From the NCBI GenBank assembly GCA_046563655.1, contig CM102290.1:11346001-11410000 (forward strand): DNA of 64,000 nucleotides. The letters are read 5' to 3'. Shown piece after piece: positions 13,118-27,010 of the stretch. The stretch is from Yuukianura sp. NJ FZ-2021. Lineage: Eukaryota. A model generated the notes under the pieces. The model was given only the letters and a program-made list of their open reading frames with translations, was not told where the DNA came from and did no database searches. Position numbers and translations under genes: made by a program. Each line of letters begins with the position of its first letter. The stretch's first letter is position 1.

Positions 13118-16100
13118 CGCATGTTTTTTAAATACGGCGAGGGCTAACCTCAAAAACTTAGATTTCAATTTCAATTAGATTAAATTAGAAAGTAGATTTC
13201 AATGTTTTTTTCAATGCAAAAAATCTTTCCAAAACTAAAAGCTTAACTTCTGTCGGTAGATTTATATTTAACTTTACAGTAACTAGTTTCCCAACATCGT
13301 TCCAAAAGGTGCGTTGCTGCTTTCAAAAAGCCTAGTCTAACTTTTGCGGCTCGAACTAGACATAACTAATACTCAACGCACATAACTGCAATATAATTCA
13401 GTAAATCATAAACTTATTTAGTAATTTCTGGAGAATTTTTAAGCTTTTGGCTAATTTAGCTCATACGAAATTTTTTCTTCAGAGTTTTTTTTTTGTGTTG
13501 TAAAAATAAGTTTTTTTAACGCATTTCTGAATTTTACGTTATTTTGATTCGGTCATTTGTGAAAATCGTAATTTGAGTGTTTGTTAGTTGTTGAAATTCG
13601 ACTAGGTTGGTCAAGTGGTCAAGCTCCTTTGAGTGACAAGGGAGCTGGGGCATATGATGTAATGGAAGTCGTGACACGCTACGTGACATATTGACCGTTG
13701 AAGTCAGACTTCAAGCATCACCTGATACAGGCTTATATCAAGCCGTCACTCAAGCGTAGGACAGTGACCCTTGACCTTTGATGCCTTTACACTCAATGTC
13801 GTAGTCACTCACGCAGTTAACCAACGTACGTTTCCAAGTTAAAGTGAAGATAGTTAGTGAGATCATTGTCCACTTCGTCTCATCTTTATCTTTTTCCAAA
13901 GTTTACTTTTCAAAGCCCTCCATTCATGATTTCCTAATTCACAATTCCATTTCAAAATTTCATTTCAAAAAGAGTTGACAGTAAGTTCATTTTCAAGACG
14001 TGACCTGTCTACCACCCACCAGTCAACTGTCCTGACGCTCCCTGATTTCAATTTTCACAGAAAAGCTTATTTTTGGACTCAAATTTTGTCATGCTTTTCA
14101 TCAAGTCAATTTAAACTTAAAAGTAAATTTAGTTAAGCTCAAAAACTAATTAAACCAAGAGCTGCTCTCATTTTCTAATCCTCAAATTTCCATTTTCGTC
14201 AAAAATAGAAAGTCGGAGTTCGAAAGTTTTAAGAAAACTTTTAAGAGAAATAGCAAAAATTTTAAGTTTTGGACCATTCTGTGCTAAATGTTTAGAGAAT
14301 ATTGCAGAGGTCATCACTTATTTCCTGCTTGTAAAATCATGTGATTAATCTTGTTAGAGTTAAGTAATTCATTCAATTAGTAATCTGAGAATGTCAGGCT
14401 ATAAAAGTCAAGCAAAAATAACTTGTTGATTTGGCATTTCTTTTCAAGGCGAAAAAGAAGCGGCTAATCCCAAAATCCTTTTGAATTTGTAAACTTCGTA
14501 GTAAAAGAAACTTGCTTTACTATGAAAAAATTTGAATGGAGAGAAAAATTATGAAAATTTTTGCACGTTCGACATAAAATTGAAATGACAATTTCCTTGA
14601 TCTAGTAAAACAACTATCTTGATATTGTCATAACCTCACCAGTTTGTAATATAACAACGAAAAATTTGTTAGGCTAACCGGAAACCTAAGTTTATCAACT
14701 CAATTCTCAACATATTTGAAAGAATAACGAAACAATTAGTAAGGTTAGGTGGGACGTATCATCTTACGTGGTTTCTTTATTAGGTTAGTTAGGTTTATTA
14801 GGTTCGTCAGGTTTGCTCGGAAGTTGTGCCAAGACGTTGACCTCTTTCGGGAACTTAAGTTAGGCTGTATTAGGCAACGCTAGGCTGAAAATGACCCGCT
14901 GATTCTATTTTAAGAGACATACAATTGATAATTAAAGGGAGATTAATTTCTTTATAGTTAGTGAAAATGAGACTGTGAAGTAGCAACGTTAAACCTAATT
15001 CTCAACACAATTAAATTTGGCCTACTTTGTTAATGTATGAATAACCACCTAACACTAGTTCGCTCAATGAAATTTGATACTCGACTTGTATCAATCAAAA
15101 AAAAAAAGTGTGGTAGCTATTATTACATGTTATCAGCAATTTGTGAAATGAAACCTTTTCGAAAAAATGAATTTTGAAAGAAACTGCTGAAACTGAAATT
15201 TCCAAAATTTTTAAAGAAATTGATCCCGCTTGATCTAGATCTTTTAGTCAGAGTCCAAAGTACAGGGTCACACTATATTTGACGACCAAAACTTGGAAAT
15301 TGGATCAACATTTTAAAGTTTTCCTAAGCCGAAATGAGATTTTTGAAATTTCAATTTCTAAGTGCGATGTCCAGTGAAAATGCCTCCGGCTGCCTTTCGA
15401 ACTCAAACTTAATCGGAAAAGTCTTTGAACATGGACAGGCTGGAAGATTTTTACAACTTTTTTATTGCAACTGGAAGATAAAGTCAATTTTTTGCAAGAA
15501 ATTTCCAGAAAATTGTCGTGAAAAGTTAAGTGCGTAGGTTTTCCGTGTCTTCATGCTGTCACTATCTAGTTTTTTCTTGATTCATGATTAAAATGGCTTC
15601 CGTAACCTTGAGTGAAGTCTCAACAGTTTAGGTGTTAAGTACCACTTGAAGATTAAGATTGAAAAGTATACACAGTGTGTAGATGTAAATGCTTACTATA
15701 TTTCATATTGCATGCTTAGACCGAACAATGTTAAGGTCGCACTGCTGTTACAAGTGGAATCCATTTCTCATTAACAACCCCCATTAGTGTCATGTTTCAC
15801 ACCCCATGGAGAGCTTTAAATCATCTCCGTCGTGTATTACACTTTGCAAAAAATGATTATTGTTTAACCAAAATTTGCAAAACCCTGTAAAGAATCTACA
15901 ATTTCAGTGAGATTAATCAAACCCACTCGTATTTTCGCATTGGCACATTTTTTCCAATTTACTTTCCACCCACCGTACGCAAAAAGAGAATCAAAACTAT
16001 TTCAAAAAATAGAAAAGAATTTGGAATCTGTACTGACAAAATTGGGACCTTGGAATTCTGATTTTGGCAAAAATGGCCTCAAATTTTTTCGCAACTTGCG

Positions 16101-17955
16101 ATTTTTTTGCACATTTCAGCAGCTCCTTTGGACGACATGAATGTGTAAATTTTAAGTTGATTGACAGGAAAAAAGGGGCGAGGCTCGTTTTTTTTAAAAA
16201 GCTGAAAGCGTCGTCGCTCCTGTCACCGAAGCTGTTTTGCTTTTTTCCAGTTTGAATGGATTTCGGCGCAAAACTTTTGAATGACGATAAGAAAAGCTCA
16301 TTGACTGCGACAACGAAGGGTTTTCGCAAATTTTTTGCACAATTTTGCAAATTGGGTGGGAATGAATAGGAAGATTTGCAAAAGAAGTGAATTCTGGAAC
16401 TGGATACTCCTGGAACATATCTAATCGTTTGAGAAATTTAGCAATGGAAAAAACGACGCATTTCATGTCAAAAAATTGCGCCATTTTTTCATGTCTTATT
16501 TTTGTCAGTTGTTATGATAGACATATCTGGCCTGACACTGGGCGTGGCACGCAAGCGCAAACTCAACCTTCTCTAAAATTAAAATTAAAAATAAAAAAAA
16601 GTCAAAATCTTTTAGGGATGTTCACAATTTTTTTTATTCTTCGGTCAAAATCTTCTTGTAGTAAAAGATATCCAAGTGCTAAAGTTGTAAAATTCAACTC
16701 CTTGGGCATGAGCAAAGAAATTCAAAAACTCGAGTTTTTGAATTCGAAAAGTTTTTAAATTTTTTGATAAAAAAATTTTTTGTTTTAAGAAATTGCAAAA
16801 TCTGTTCGATAAAGCCTTAGGCAAAGTTAATAACGTTTTGGTCAAAAATCCGCAAATTTTATAAAACTCTGCGACTAAAAATTCAAAGCTTTAGGCAATG
16901 TGTTTTTTCTTTTGAAATTCAGTCCGAAAAATGTGAAATTGTTTGGTCATGCGCAATGCATGACATTTCCATTCCAGGAAGCAAATTGAATACACGATTA
17001 ATGTATTGCAATCACTTGGAAATATTTCATAATGGAAATGTTTCATTCGTGTCACATACAGATGAGTCAAATCACACAACTTTTGAAGTAGTTGTTCCGT
17101 TTTTTCCTAAGTTTTCATACTTGAAGTATAAGGTCATGATTGGTCACATGGACAAGTTTAGTGGGCGGGGCATTTCTTACTCAGCATGAAACGCGTTTAA
17201 TTAATCACATTAATTATGGCTAACCGTAGTTAATCCCAAGTCTATTAAACTTAACCTGTTAGTTCTAAAAGCGAACCGCAAGTGAAAGGTTGTTCTTCAA
17301 CAAAACAGTCTCCAAATTTTATCAAGTTCAAATCGAACTTTTAAACTTTCAAGTGCCAAGTCAAGAGCCAGACAATACGAGTTTCAAATTTCTAAGAATA
17401 AAAAGTTAGACAAGTTTAGTTTCAGATTTCTGAAAAATTGAAACTTTGTGTTTCAAATTTCCAAAAAAGTTCGGATTACAATTGAACTGTTTGATAGTGT
17501 CATTGCCTTACACAAACTTGTTTAGAACAAAGTTAACCAACAGGTCACCGAACCTTTTAAGTGTCAAATTTTTAGAAATCATTAAGTGTCTTAGACAACA
17601 TAAAGTGTCAAATTTTCATATTGTTCTTTTGTGTCGGCGAAGTTTTTACTCTTGAGGTCAAAGATCACACCTATCCACACTTCTAAGGAATTCCAAAAAG
17701 TAACCGACCAGGAATTTTTATAGTTCTGAATTTTTTAAAGTCATTCTCAGAATCTTTCGCAATTTGGAAAATTACGAGCTTTAAATTTCCAATTGTTTTC
17801 TGCGTGTTGGACCGAAACGGAGAGTTTCATTGATTGGAATATTCTATTGTTTCAGACGGTAGCGAGAAAGCAGAGGAGACACAGCGAGAAAGTTTGTTCA
17901 AATACCAATCACATTTTTCAACCAATCAGAATTCGAGAATTCAAATACTGACCAA

Positions 17956-19430
17956 ATGGCGAGGTCAAAGGTCACGGGTCATCGGACTTTTAAGAAATGT
18001 CTATGGCTACTATCAGCGATGCTGATTGCGTCGGTCGAAATGACGCAGGGCCGTCCACTGTCGTCCGAAATGGACGGGCCTTTTGGAAGGGCTCTTTGGG
18101 TAAAGAAAAATTTTGAAGTTTTCAAAAAATTGTTTCAAAAAAATTATTTTTTTTTCTCTGAAAAAGTATTTACTGTAATGCTTAATGTAGATGAGCAAAG
18201 GAAAACGGACGCGTGGAGGGCTCAACACTTCCCGCAGCCCACTTACGCTTCCCGGCGTCACACCACCGGATTCGGCCGAACCTACTGATATGATGGGTAA
18301 TTTTAAATTTAAATTTTCAAAAATCTTTAACTTCAAAATTTTCAGCATTTCTAACTGTCTAACACTAAATTTTGTTCAGATTTACTGGCAGACAGTGACG
18401 AATCTTCGAATGCGGGTGGGGTTGTGCAGCAGTGGTTGGAACTAGACACCGTCCCACCTACGCATGTCTCCGCCAAGCTCCATTCCGAAGTAGTGCTGGA
18501 GTGCGTTGCCATTGGTTCCCCGCCTCCAATGGTCTTCTGGCTCAAAGATGGCAAGCCAGTTGAGAATCTACCCGCTTTCGACTCGGAGGAACTTTTGAAC
18601 GGCTTGGACGCACAAGTTCAGTCGACACTTTCTGGATTTGCCATGGCCAAGACCAAAAGTCAACTTCGGCTGCAGTGTATCCGACCGGAAGATGAGGGGG
18701 AGTACAGTTGCGTAGCAGCACAGATCGACGGCTTGCCAGGAACTGGACCACGGCGTCTCAGCGCGGCTGCCACGGTGGCCATTGAAGGTAAACATTTCAT
18801 ACTAAAGTTAAAGTTAACTTAATTATATAAAAAGTGAATTAAATGTATTGTTATTTTATGTTTTTAGAGGATGACAAGAGCCAGGACTGGAAGCCCGAAT
18901 GTGAATTTCGCTTGCCACAATTCATGTTTCATGGAAAGAAAGGCCGTCGCGGAACGCCAGCCTACGTTCACGTTTCGGAGAGTCTTCATATGGAGGTGAT
19001 CGGAAACAGTATCGTTTTGCCGTGCCGTGCCGGCGGTAAACCGAAACCGCGGCTTCAGTGGTACGGTTCCGACGGACAGCCGATCGTCACAGGGAAAAAG
19101 TACCAGATTAATGCCAAAGGAGACTTGGTCATTCGCAACTTGAGTTGGACGGAAATGGGAGACTACAGGTACATATGTTAACTTAACTAATAATTAACTG
19201 ATTAGGTTAACTAGGTTAACAATTAACCTAACATGGGTTAACTAGTAATCAAAATTAACCTTTTGACTTTGATTTTTAGTTGCCATGTCATGAACTTATA
19301 CGGATCAGAGACTGCGTCAACTTTTCTCTATCCGCTTCTTGTAAGTTTTGAATTTTATATATTAATTATTTTAATTAATCATAATTAATTATTAATTTTA
19401 ATTGATTTTTTTTAGCCTGAAGACAGGTAA
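17956..19430 (+). CDS. ImpL2: ImpL2 / insulin-binding-protein-like secreted two-Ig-domain protein, 344 aa
   Basis: Exons 17956-18099, 18191-18296, 18380-18787, 18868-19168, 19280-19340, 19416-19430 (1035 nt, open). Signal-peptide-like CLWLLSAMLIASV. Two Ig domains (LECVAIGSPPPMVFWLKDG...DEGEYSCVA; LPCRAGGKPKPRLQW...GDLVIRNLSWTEMGDYSC) and the C-terminal TFLYP typical of ImpL2/ZIG proteins. AATAAA at ~19827. Confidence 0.85.
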
Positions 19431-20021
19431 ACCATCAGCATCGACCATTGCCCAGAAGAAGCTTGGTTTTCAAAATCCGATTTTTCTGGATAAACATGGA
19501 TCTAAAGCTCCCTAGTCAACAATGACAAGAGTGTTAAAATTTCAAAATTTAATTTAATTTTACCAATTATGAATTTATTTTACGATGGTTTCCTTTTTCT
19601 AAGACAACTTACATTTTTTCATAATTTTTTTCAAGTTGTTTGTAGTTTTGAAGTAGTTCACTATTTAGTTTCCGAAAGTAGTTTCCCTGAACTTTATAAC
19701 GGGACAAGGTCAGTATTAATTTGTTAATCACCTTTGTTAATTAACTAATTTTTAATGAATTTTAATTAATTTTAGTTTTACTTATAATTTTATGCATGTA
19801 CTTCACTCAAAGTGAACTTTGACGTGAATAAAAATTCCCTTGGCAACCGAATCTTTATGGAAGTCAAAGTTTGTTTTCTTTTTGGTTTGACCTCTCCCGC
19901 TCCTCCTCCCTCTTCCATAATTTCAAAATTTCATTTTCCGTTGATCCGTTTTTCGGAGTAGACGTAAAAACTTTTCGTCCGTCAGTTTTTGTGGATTGTC
20001 AGTGACAATTTGTGAAGTACG

Positions 20022-22923
20022 ATGTCAACGAACCGTGGTGCAGCATGGGGAAGAGGAGGGGACAGTCGTGGTCGTGGGGACACTTCTGGACAGCCTGGGC
20101 GTGGCCCGAATGGATCCTTTGAACAAAACGCTGGTCGAAACGGCAGTGGTGACCGTCCGGTGGACGTGAATGAGTGGAGAGCATTCCGTCGTGGTGGTAT
20201 GGACATGTCACATGTGACATGTCATGTGACCTAATTTCACTATTAATTAATTTTGGTTACATTTGGATTGACATGGAGACTGATTCGTTTGTTTGTTTGC
20301 AGAATCGCTTGGTGATCCCCCTGGAGATGAGACGTTCTTGCTTCCTGAAATGGATCCACGAGTCGACGTGAGGATTCAAGTTTGGCGCCGACTGGAAGTA
20401 TCATTTCTGAGTCTGTGTACGAAGCATCCCGAGATCAAATCGGAAACGTTATACCGCGTACCGTTTGAAAAGTTCTGTCCAGGCTTGGAGATGCCAGCTT
20501 GGCTCAAGAGGGAACTGGAGTGGCGCAATGCTGAAGTTGGGGCCAGTGCGTTTGAACGAAACGCTTGGATGACGGGTATGAACTTTCAAAAAACAAATTT
20601 TGATTCAAAATTGTGAAGTTCCAATTCAAACTTCTTTCAAAATTTAGATTACGATGAGGAAGAGAAGTTTACAAATGCATATCCTCCTCCGAATCACGAA
20701 GCCTGGCGGGCTGTTGGGCACGGACGGCCGAGACCTCAGCCTGGGGTTCCAATGGCGAATCAGTACTACTATGGTCCCGCGCAGCCGCAGACTCAGCGTA
20801 ATCAGCAACCTGATTTTCAACAACCTGGAAATCAGGCACATTCTCAATGGACCAATCAGGAATGTCTTCGGACTGCAAGTCAGGAACGTTTCCAACTCGG
20901 AAATCAGGAACGTTCTCAATCGACTAATCAGCAATATTTTCGAACGGCAAGTCAGGAACGCTTCCAAACAGGAAGTCAGGAACGTTCTCAATCGACCAAT
21001 CAGCAATGTTTTCGAACGGCAAGTCAGGAACGCTTCCAAACAGGAAGTCAGGAACGTTCTCAATCGACCAATCAGCAATATTTTCGAACTGAAAGTCAAG
21101 AACGTTTCCAACTTGGAAATCAGGCAAATTCTCAATGGGCCAATCAGGAATGTCTTCGAACTGCAAGTCAGGAACGTTTTCAACTTGGAAATCAGGAACG
21201 TTCTCAATGGTCCAATCAAGAATGCTTTCGAACGGCAAGTCAGGAACGTTTCCAAACTGGAAATCAGGCTCATTCTCCGTGGACCAATCAGGAATGCCTT
21301 CGAACTGCAAGTCAGGAACGTTTCCAACTTGGAAATCTGGAACGCTCTCAATCGACCAATCAGCAATATTTTCGAACTGCAAGTCAGGAACGTTTCCAAT
21401 TTGGAAATCAGGAACGCTCTCAATCGACCAATCAGCAATATTTTCGAACGGCAAGTCAGGAACGCTTCCAAACTGGAAATCTGGAACGTTCTCAATCGAC
21501 CAATCAGGAATCCTTTCAAATGGCAAGTCAGGAACACTTCCAACCTAGAAATCTGGAACGTTCTCAATCGACCAATCAAGTATCTTTTCGAACGGCAAGT
21601 CAGGAACGTCTTCCATCACCAAGTCTGGATTGTTTTCAAGCAGCAAATCAGGAACATTATCCAGCGGTCAACGACCCAGAAGTACTTGAGGAATTCTTGC
21701 GAATGCCAAGCCCGTATCCATTGCTGAATCTGGCCTTCGAAGACAACCTCGCTCGAGAACTGTTTCCTGGCTTAGCAGCTATGAATCCATTCCCCAAGTC
21801 GCCAATTCCTGGTCCTGGATTTTTCGAATCTCAGGCGGAAAATGCACGACAACGGAGTCCATTTCCAAGTAATCTAGGCTTCCAACCACCAATGTCGACT
21901 GGAGTCTACGACCCTCCAATGGGAACTCAGAACAACCAACAAGCAATGGGGAGTCAAACCAACTTTCCACCGATGTCAACTGAAAGAAGCCAGCAAAAAT
22001 TGATGACTCGTAACAACCAACAACCAATGGCCAATCGTCAAAACCAGCTTCGGTCAATGAGGAACCTAAGTCACCGGGGACATCTCATTACAAATCGGCC
22101 TCTTCCAAGTCCAGTTCCTCTGCTGAGTATCCTAATCGATGAGGATCCCAGGATAACCGCAGCCAACAAGAAGAAACCTGAACCAGCTGAACCACCGAAG
22201 ATTATGCGATTAGACGAATTTCCAGCACTCGTTCCAAGTACTCCGGAACCTTCTGGGATCTTTGGCCATGCCCACCGGCCTCTCCGATTCGTGACACGAG
22301 GAGGACTGGACTTCCATCGTGGCGGACCGAATCGAAACCAACAGCGCGGTCGAGGCGGGTACGGACGAACGTTTGATCACCATTTCCTGCCGAAATACGG
22401 TCGCCAAGGTCTGTCTAGTGGACACTTCAGAGGCCAGACTCGCGGACGAAAGAGCTACCGTGGACGAGGAGGTCAACAATCATTGTTAGGAGCCTATCGC
22501 GGGACTTCGAATCGTCGATCGGACGTTAGTCGTGCACTACCACTACCACCTCGAGAACCCGAGCATGGGCTGAATTCTCGTCTGTGCGGACCAGCTTATG
22601 GCCTCAACCATCCTGCTCCTGCGCCTCGACGGCCGAAGGTACCTTCGCCGCCACCGAAGAAATACTTCTCGGATTCCGAAGATGACGAATTGGTGGTACA
22701 ATCGGAGTTTGACGAAGATTCGGATTCGGAGCCAGAACCGGAACCAGTGGCGGTGGCACTACCAGTAGCGGGAGCAGTAGCACTACCACTTCCATCAACA
22801 TCAGTTGCAGCAGCATGTGCATGTGAGCCTACGCCGGACCCTGAGATGACCTGGTCACAAATCAAACGTGAACGGAAGAATCAACGGAAAGGCAAAGGCA
22901 AGGGCAAGAAGGGGAAGAACTAA
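20022..22923 (+). CDS. Unrecognised low-complexity protein (~907 aa): RGG-rich N-terminus, 35 Q/N-rich octapeptide repeats, second RGG region, acidic patch, basic C-terminus
   Basis: Inr TCAGTT at 19982. Exons 20022-20196, 20303-20575 and 20648-22923 join in frame through two phase-1 GT-AG introns (2724 nt). Confidence 0.7.
20830..21669 (+). repeat. Coding tandem repeat: ~35 x 24 bp arranged as 11 x 72-bp triads
   Basis: Triad NQERSQST-NQQYFRTA-SQERFQTG and variants, visible in both DNA and translation. Confidence 0.9.
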
Positions 22924-22950
22924 TTCCTCAACAATCAATTACTACGCAAT

Positions 22951-23037
22951 CAACTAATTACTCAAAACTACAACTCCAATAGTCAACTAATTGCTCAAAA
23001 CTACAACAATAGTTAACTAATTGCTCAAAACTACAAA
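22951..23037. repeat. Short tandem repeat (~3 x 30-33 bp) in the 3' UTR, followed by an A-rich tract (~23100-23195)
   Basis: aactaatt(a/g)ctcaaaactacaa occurs three times. Confidence 0.7.
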
Positions 23038-23286
23038 TCTTGTCGTGTATCTCTCTAAAAGTTAAAACAGTAAGCTTATTTAATTGTGTATTCTAAAACT
23101 AAAAATAATAGTTAGTCTAAAAAAAGTTTGAAAAAAGTTTAAAAAATGTAAAAATAAAAATATAAAAAAAATAAAAAATATAAAAAAAAAATATATAACA
23201 TTTTTGTCCCATAACTTGTTAGTGCATCTTGTATTTTCTGCATTTCCTATTCGAATTCATTGTTCAAGCTAGTTTGCTACTTTATG

Positions 23287-23540
23287 GTTTGCCTGTATCT
23301 GTCTGTCTGTCTATCCGTGTTTATGCTGGTGATGATAACCATGTAACTAATATACCGATTTTCAATCTGTCTGTACTCGTACAAATCGACTCCTCATGCT
23401 CTAAAGGTGATCAAGTGGTTTCCGATCTAGTTCAGGGTCAAAGGGCAAGGTCAAATACTATTTTCGGAAGTCCATAAAATGAGTTTATTACAAAGAGCCA
23501 AACAACTTTTGTGTAGGTGACCTTGATCTTTGACCTGGTC
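23287..23540. mobile_element. Remnant resembling a non-autonomous Helentron/DINE-1-like (HINE) element
   Basis: (GTCT)n-type microsatellite tgtctgtctgtctatccgt, then ...ccgattttc..., then the inverted pair AGGGTCAAAGGGCAAGGTCAA (~23434) / GTGACCTTGATCTTTGACC (~23517). This architecture is typical of such elements in invertebrates. Confidence 0.4.
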
Positions 23541-24167
23541 CTTTTAACGTATGAGTGTCACCCTAAACCTTCACATTTCGCTACTGTACCTACGACGTTG
23601 CCGACGGTTTATTTTTCCTACTTGGCGGTGCATTGTGCATATCTCCTCTGGACTTTCTGGAAGGAAGGACAAGGAGAAGGAGAGGGAGAGTCAGATGGGA
23701 GATCCCATAGATTCTGGCGGAGCACCAAATACCAAAATACCTCAGTCTTCGGATTAATTCTTCACAAAAAAGTTATTTTTGACCTCGTCACACAAACTAT
23801 CGTCGAGGACGTCTTCGGATTTACGGAATTGGCACCGAAACAGTGCTCGTCGTCAGTTGCTTTGGCCTGTTTTCTAAATAGTTCTTATCCAAGTCCGGAC
23901 TTTGTCCTGTACAGAGTAAGTACTACTGAAAAGTAAAGTAACGTCATTGTCTTGATTTGGTGGTGTCCCTCCCTTTTAGTTGGTATCTGGTAAGAGACGT
24001 GGGTGAAGTGGCATACCAACAATGGGAATCGGTTATTGCTACGATTAGCTTAAAAGTAGACGTATAACTGGATATTGATTGGTTTTGTTTGTTTGTTGAG
24101 TAGGACAGGTCAGTCAAGGTCAAGGATCACAGCTGAGTAGCAACAGACGTTTATCCGTCGTACTGTA

Positions 24168-24970
24168 ATGGCCGAAATTAAGGTCGAGAATCTTCGGACT
24201 CTGGATGACTTTGTCTTGTCGGCAGCTCGGTATGAGGTGCCCAAGACAACGAGTTGGGGACGACGGGTCAAGGCCAATCTGATTTACTATCAAACCAACT
24301 ACTTTGTCCTGTTCGCTGTCCTGTTCCTTCTGATGGGGTAAGTACTAAGCAAAGCTTTGACTTCGGATTTAGTATTCTTTATGATTCTGGCGCTTTATTT
24401 CTAAATTCGGTGCCAAATTATCATTTAATTTTCTGATTTATAGACTTATTCGTCCGACTCAAGTCTTGGTGGGAATGGTGAGCACCATTCTTTGCGGCTT
24501 CTTGGTCCACTTCATCAGTGAGCGCCCTGGTGTCACTGAGAAGATTCGTCAAAATCATCCTTTGTTGTGTCTCGTTGGATTCGGAATGATAATTTACCTC
24601 GTCGTTGGCTACTTTTTCCTCACGGCTATCCTACTCCCTGTTTTGGGTAAGAATTGGCATTTCAGTTAAACTATTAGCATATTCAAGTCACGATTGTCAA
24701 GATTTGTAAATCTAGAAAAAACTCCACTCCTTCATTTTCTTATATAAGCCCGATGTAACTTTTAACTTAAGTTGAAATACTTTTTGGGACACTTTTTAAC
24801 AGTTGTGATTTATTCTGTTGTTTACAGTCATCTTCTTGCATGCATCAATGCGACTTCGCAACATCAGCAACAAACTGGCCAATCAAGCTGAGAAACTCGG
24901 AGTCAAGAAGTCACCGATGGGAATCCTTCTGGATGAACTTGGCATTGCTTTCGAATTGCTCGATGAATAA
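24168..24970 (+). CDS. Jwa: PRA1 family protein (JWA / PRAF3 / ARL6IP5-like), 171 aa
   Basis: Exons 24168-24337, 24444-24646, 24828-24970 (516 nt, open). Motifs [20 protein letters not shown], hydrophobic TM segments, [14 protein letters not shown] and SPMGILL. Confidence 0.92.
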
Positions 24971-26901
24971 GCTCACCACCACTTCTCATCACTAAAAATC
25001 AAGTACTACTCAAACTTAACCACAACTACATGCAACATCAAGACAACTACATCATTCAACATGCAAGGCAGAAACCATTGCACTTGTTGCAGCATTTACC
25101 AACTACAATTTACCAGTGAACATCATCACATCCTTTAGAGCAGCTCCAACTCCTCTCACAATACCTGTCCTCTCTCCTTTCTAATGCGGTATAAGTATAA
25201 CGTCTCAATACTTACAAATAATTACAGAAAGATATTACAATTGTACAGCCCAGTTAGGATTGTTACCTTCAAATGTCCAAGGTTACAAGTTAGATTTTAG
25301 CCTCTCTCTCTCTCTCAACGACGTGCTAAACGTTCTACTAAAAGGAAAGTATCTTTGTCAAAATTTAAAATGGTGATAGACTAATTACTACTACAACTAA
25401 AATCTAATAGATTCGAATATAATTACTAATTGTTATGAATTTAGTTTTTAGGAAAAGTTAAACTGATGCCCTCCTTAGCAATGTTAAAAGTATTCTCTTT
25501 CTCCTCAACTTTAACTTTCTTCAATTACTTGTGAAATTCCCTTTGTGATGATCAATAACATTTTGTTTTTTCTCCACAGAGAGCGTTGATTTCTTCTGGT
25601 GTGAATCTGAACCTTGCTGCCATGACGCGTCCACTTCCTACCTTCTATTCCTGATTCCTGATGCCTCTTGTGAAGATTCACAATGGTCAAAATCCTATTG
25701 TTGAGGATGCCAACAGCACAGAGAGTGAGGTGCATTTGTAATTAGTCGATATTTGGACAAGATTGATGGTTTGAGGAGATAATAGAGAGGGAGGGGGTGC
25801 TTTTGTGCTTTGTCGAATCATAATCATAATGATAGTGGGACAAAAGGAGCACTAGACAATGGACAATGCTCAAATCCGCCCACCTTCCTTCCAACTTAAA
25901 CTCTTTAGATGACTCGACAACTAAAAAAAAGCTAAGGGGACTCTGGGTTTTGACCCCACGGTACCCCTCATCTCGCCTGTCACCTTCACCACACTGCTGT
26001 GGTACTCCATAATCAACAAACGTCATCTTCCCAACCACTCCGCTCCAGCCTAATCACTTGTCAAAGACACAGGGGTAGACCGGGAGAGGGCACTTCACCG
26101 TGACCCCTTACAAACATGGTCCAGTTCTGGAGGGCCCTTGGAGAGCCCTGGACCAAGTTGAGAGTACATGTTAGGTTAACCTATGTATAACCTAAAGAAC
26201 AGACCATCATGTAATTGACATCGTCCCATACAAGGAGCGTGAACCAATTACTTGGAAGGGCTCTAAATCTTGAGACCTCAACCTCCAACCTCTCTCAATC
26301 ACTCCAGAGCGTCCCTTCATTACATCACATCACTCACTCGGCCCTTAATCCAAGGGGTCACCGAGGTCATCCCCACTTGTATCCTTCGTTCCATTACAAC
26401 CTACGATGGAAAATGCTGGGAACACACCTAGCCTAACTCTGACATTCGCTGACTCGTCACTTTCTTGGCTGCTAAGGGCCCCCCTTCCAGACGTGCCTGA
26501 GTTACCGTAGATCCGAAAGGGCGGAGCCTGCTGTACGATGACAAACTTTCTCAACCAGATAGGAACTTTCAGTATAATTTTCAAAACTATTAAAATTGAA
26601 AATCATAATTTCAAAAACTTTCGTTTTTTTTTCGAATCTCTAGAATCTTTTTCTAACGCTGCGGTTGCATCAACTGTCACTGGGCTTCTGTCTAAATTTG
26701 AGAATCGTGTGCTAAAAAATGACAAACTTTCTCAACCAAGTATCAAATTTTTTTTTCAAAAATCACATTTCAAGAAACATTCATTTTTTGAAAAACATGA
26801 GTCTTCTTTTCTCCAATTTCAGAATGTTTGTTTTGGACTCTCAATTTCAATTAGAATTGTATCTGACAATTTGGCGTTTCATATTTGAAAATTCTACTTG
26901 A

Positions 26902-27010
26902 AGATTCCAAATTCAAAATTTTAAGATTCTGCCTACTGGCAGATTCCAAATTCAAAATTTTAAGATTCTGCCTATTGGAAGATTCTAAATTCAAAATTTG
27001 AAAATTCTAT
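26902..27010. repeat. Tandem repeat, ~2.7 x 39 bp
   Basis: agattccaaattcaaaattttaagattctgccta(c/t)tgg repeated. Confidence 0.75.

Noticed and set aside
20830..21669. CRISPR-like appearance of regular repeats
   Set aside because: No unique spacers, eukaryotic context, in-frame coding repeat.
23517..23936. 139-aa ORF between the repeat-protein gene and Jwa
   Set aside because: Non-ATG start inside a repeat remnant and no recognisable domain.
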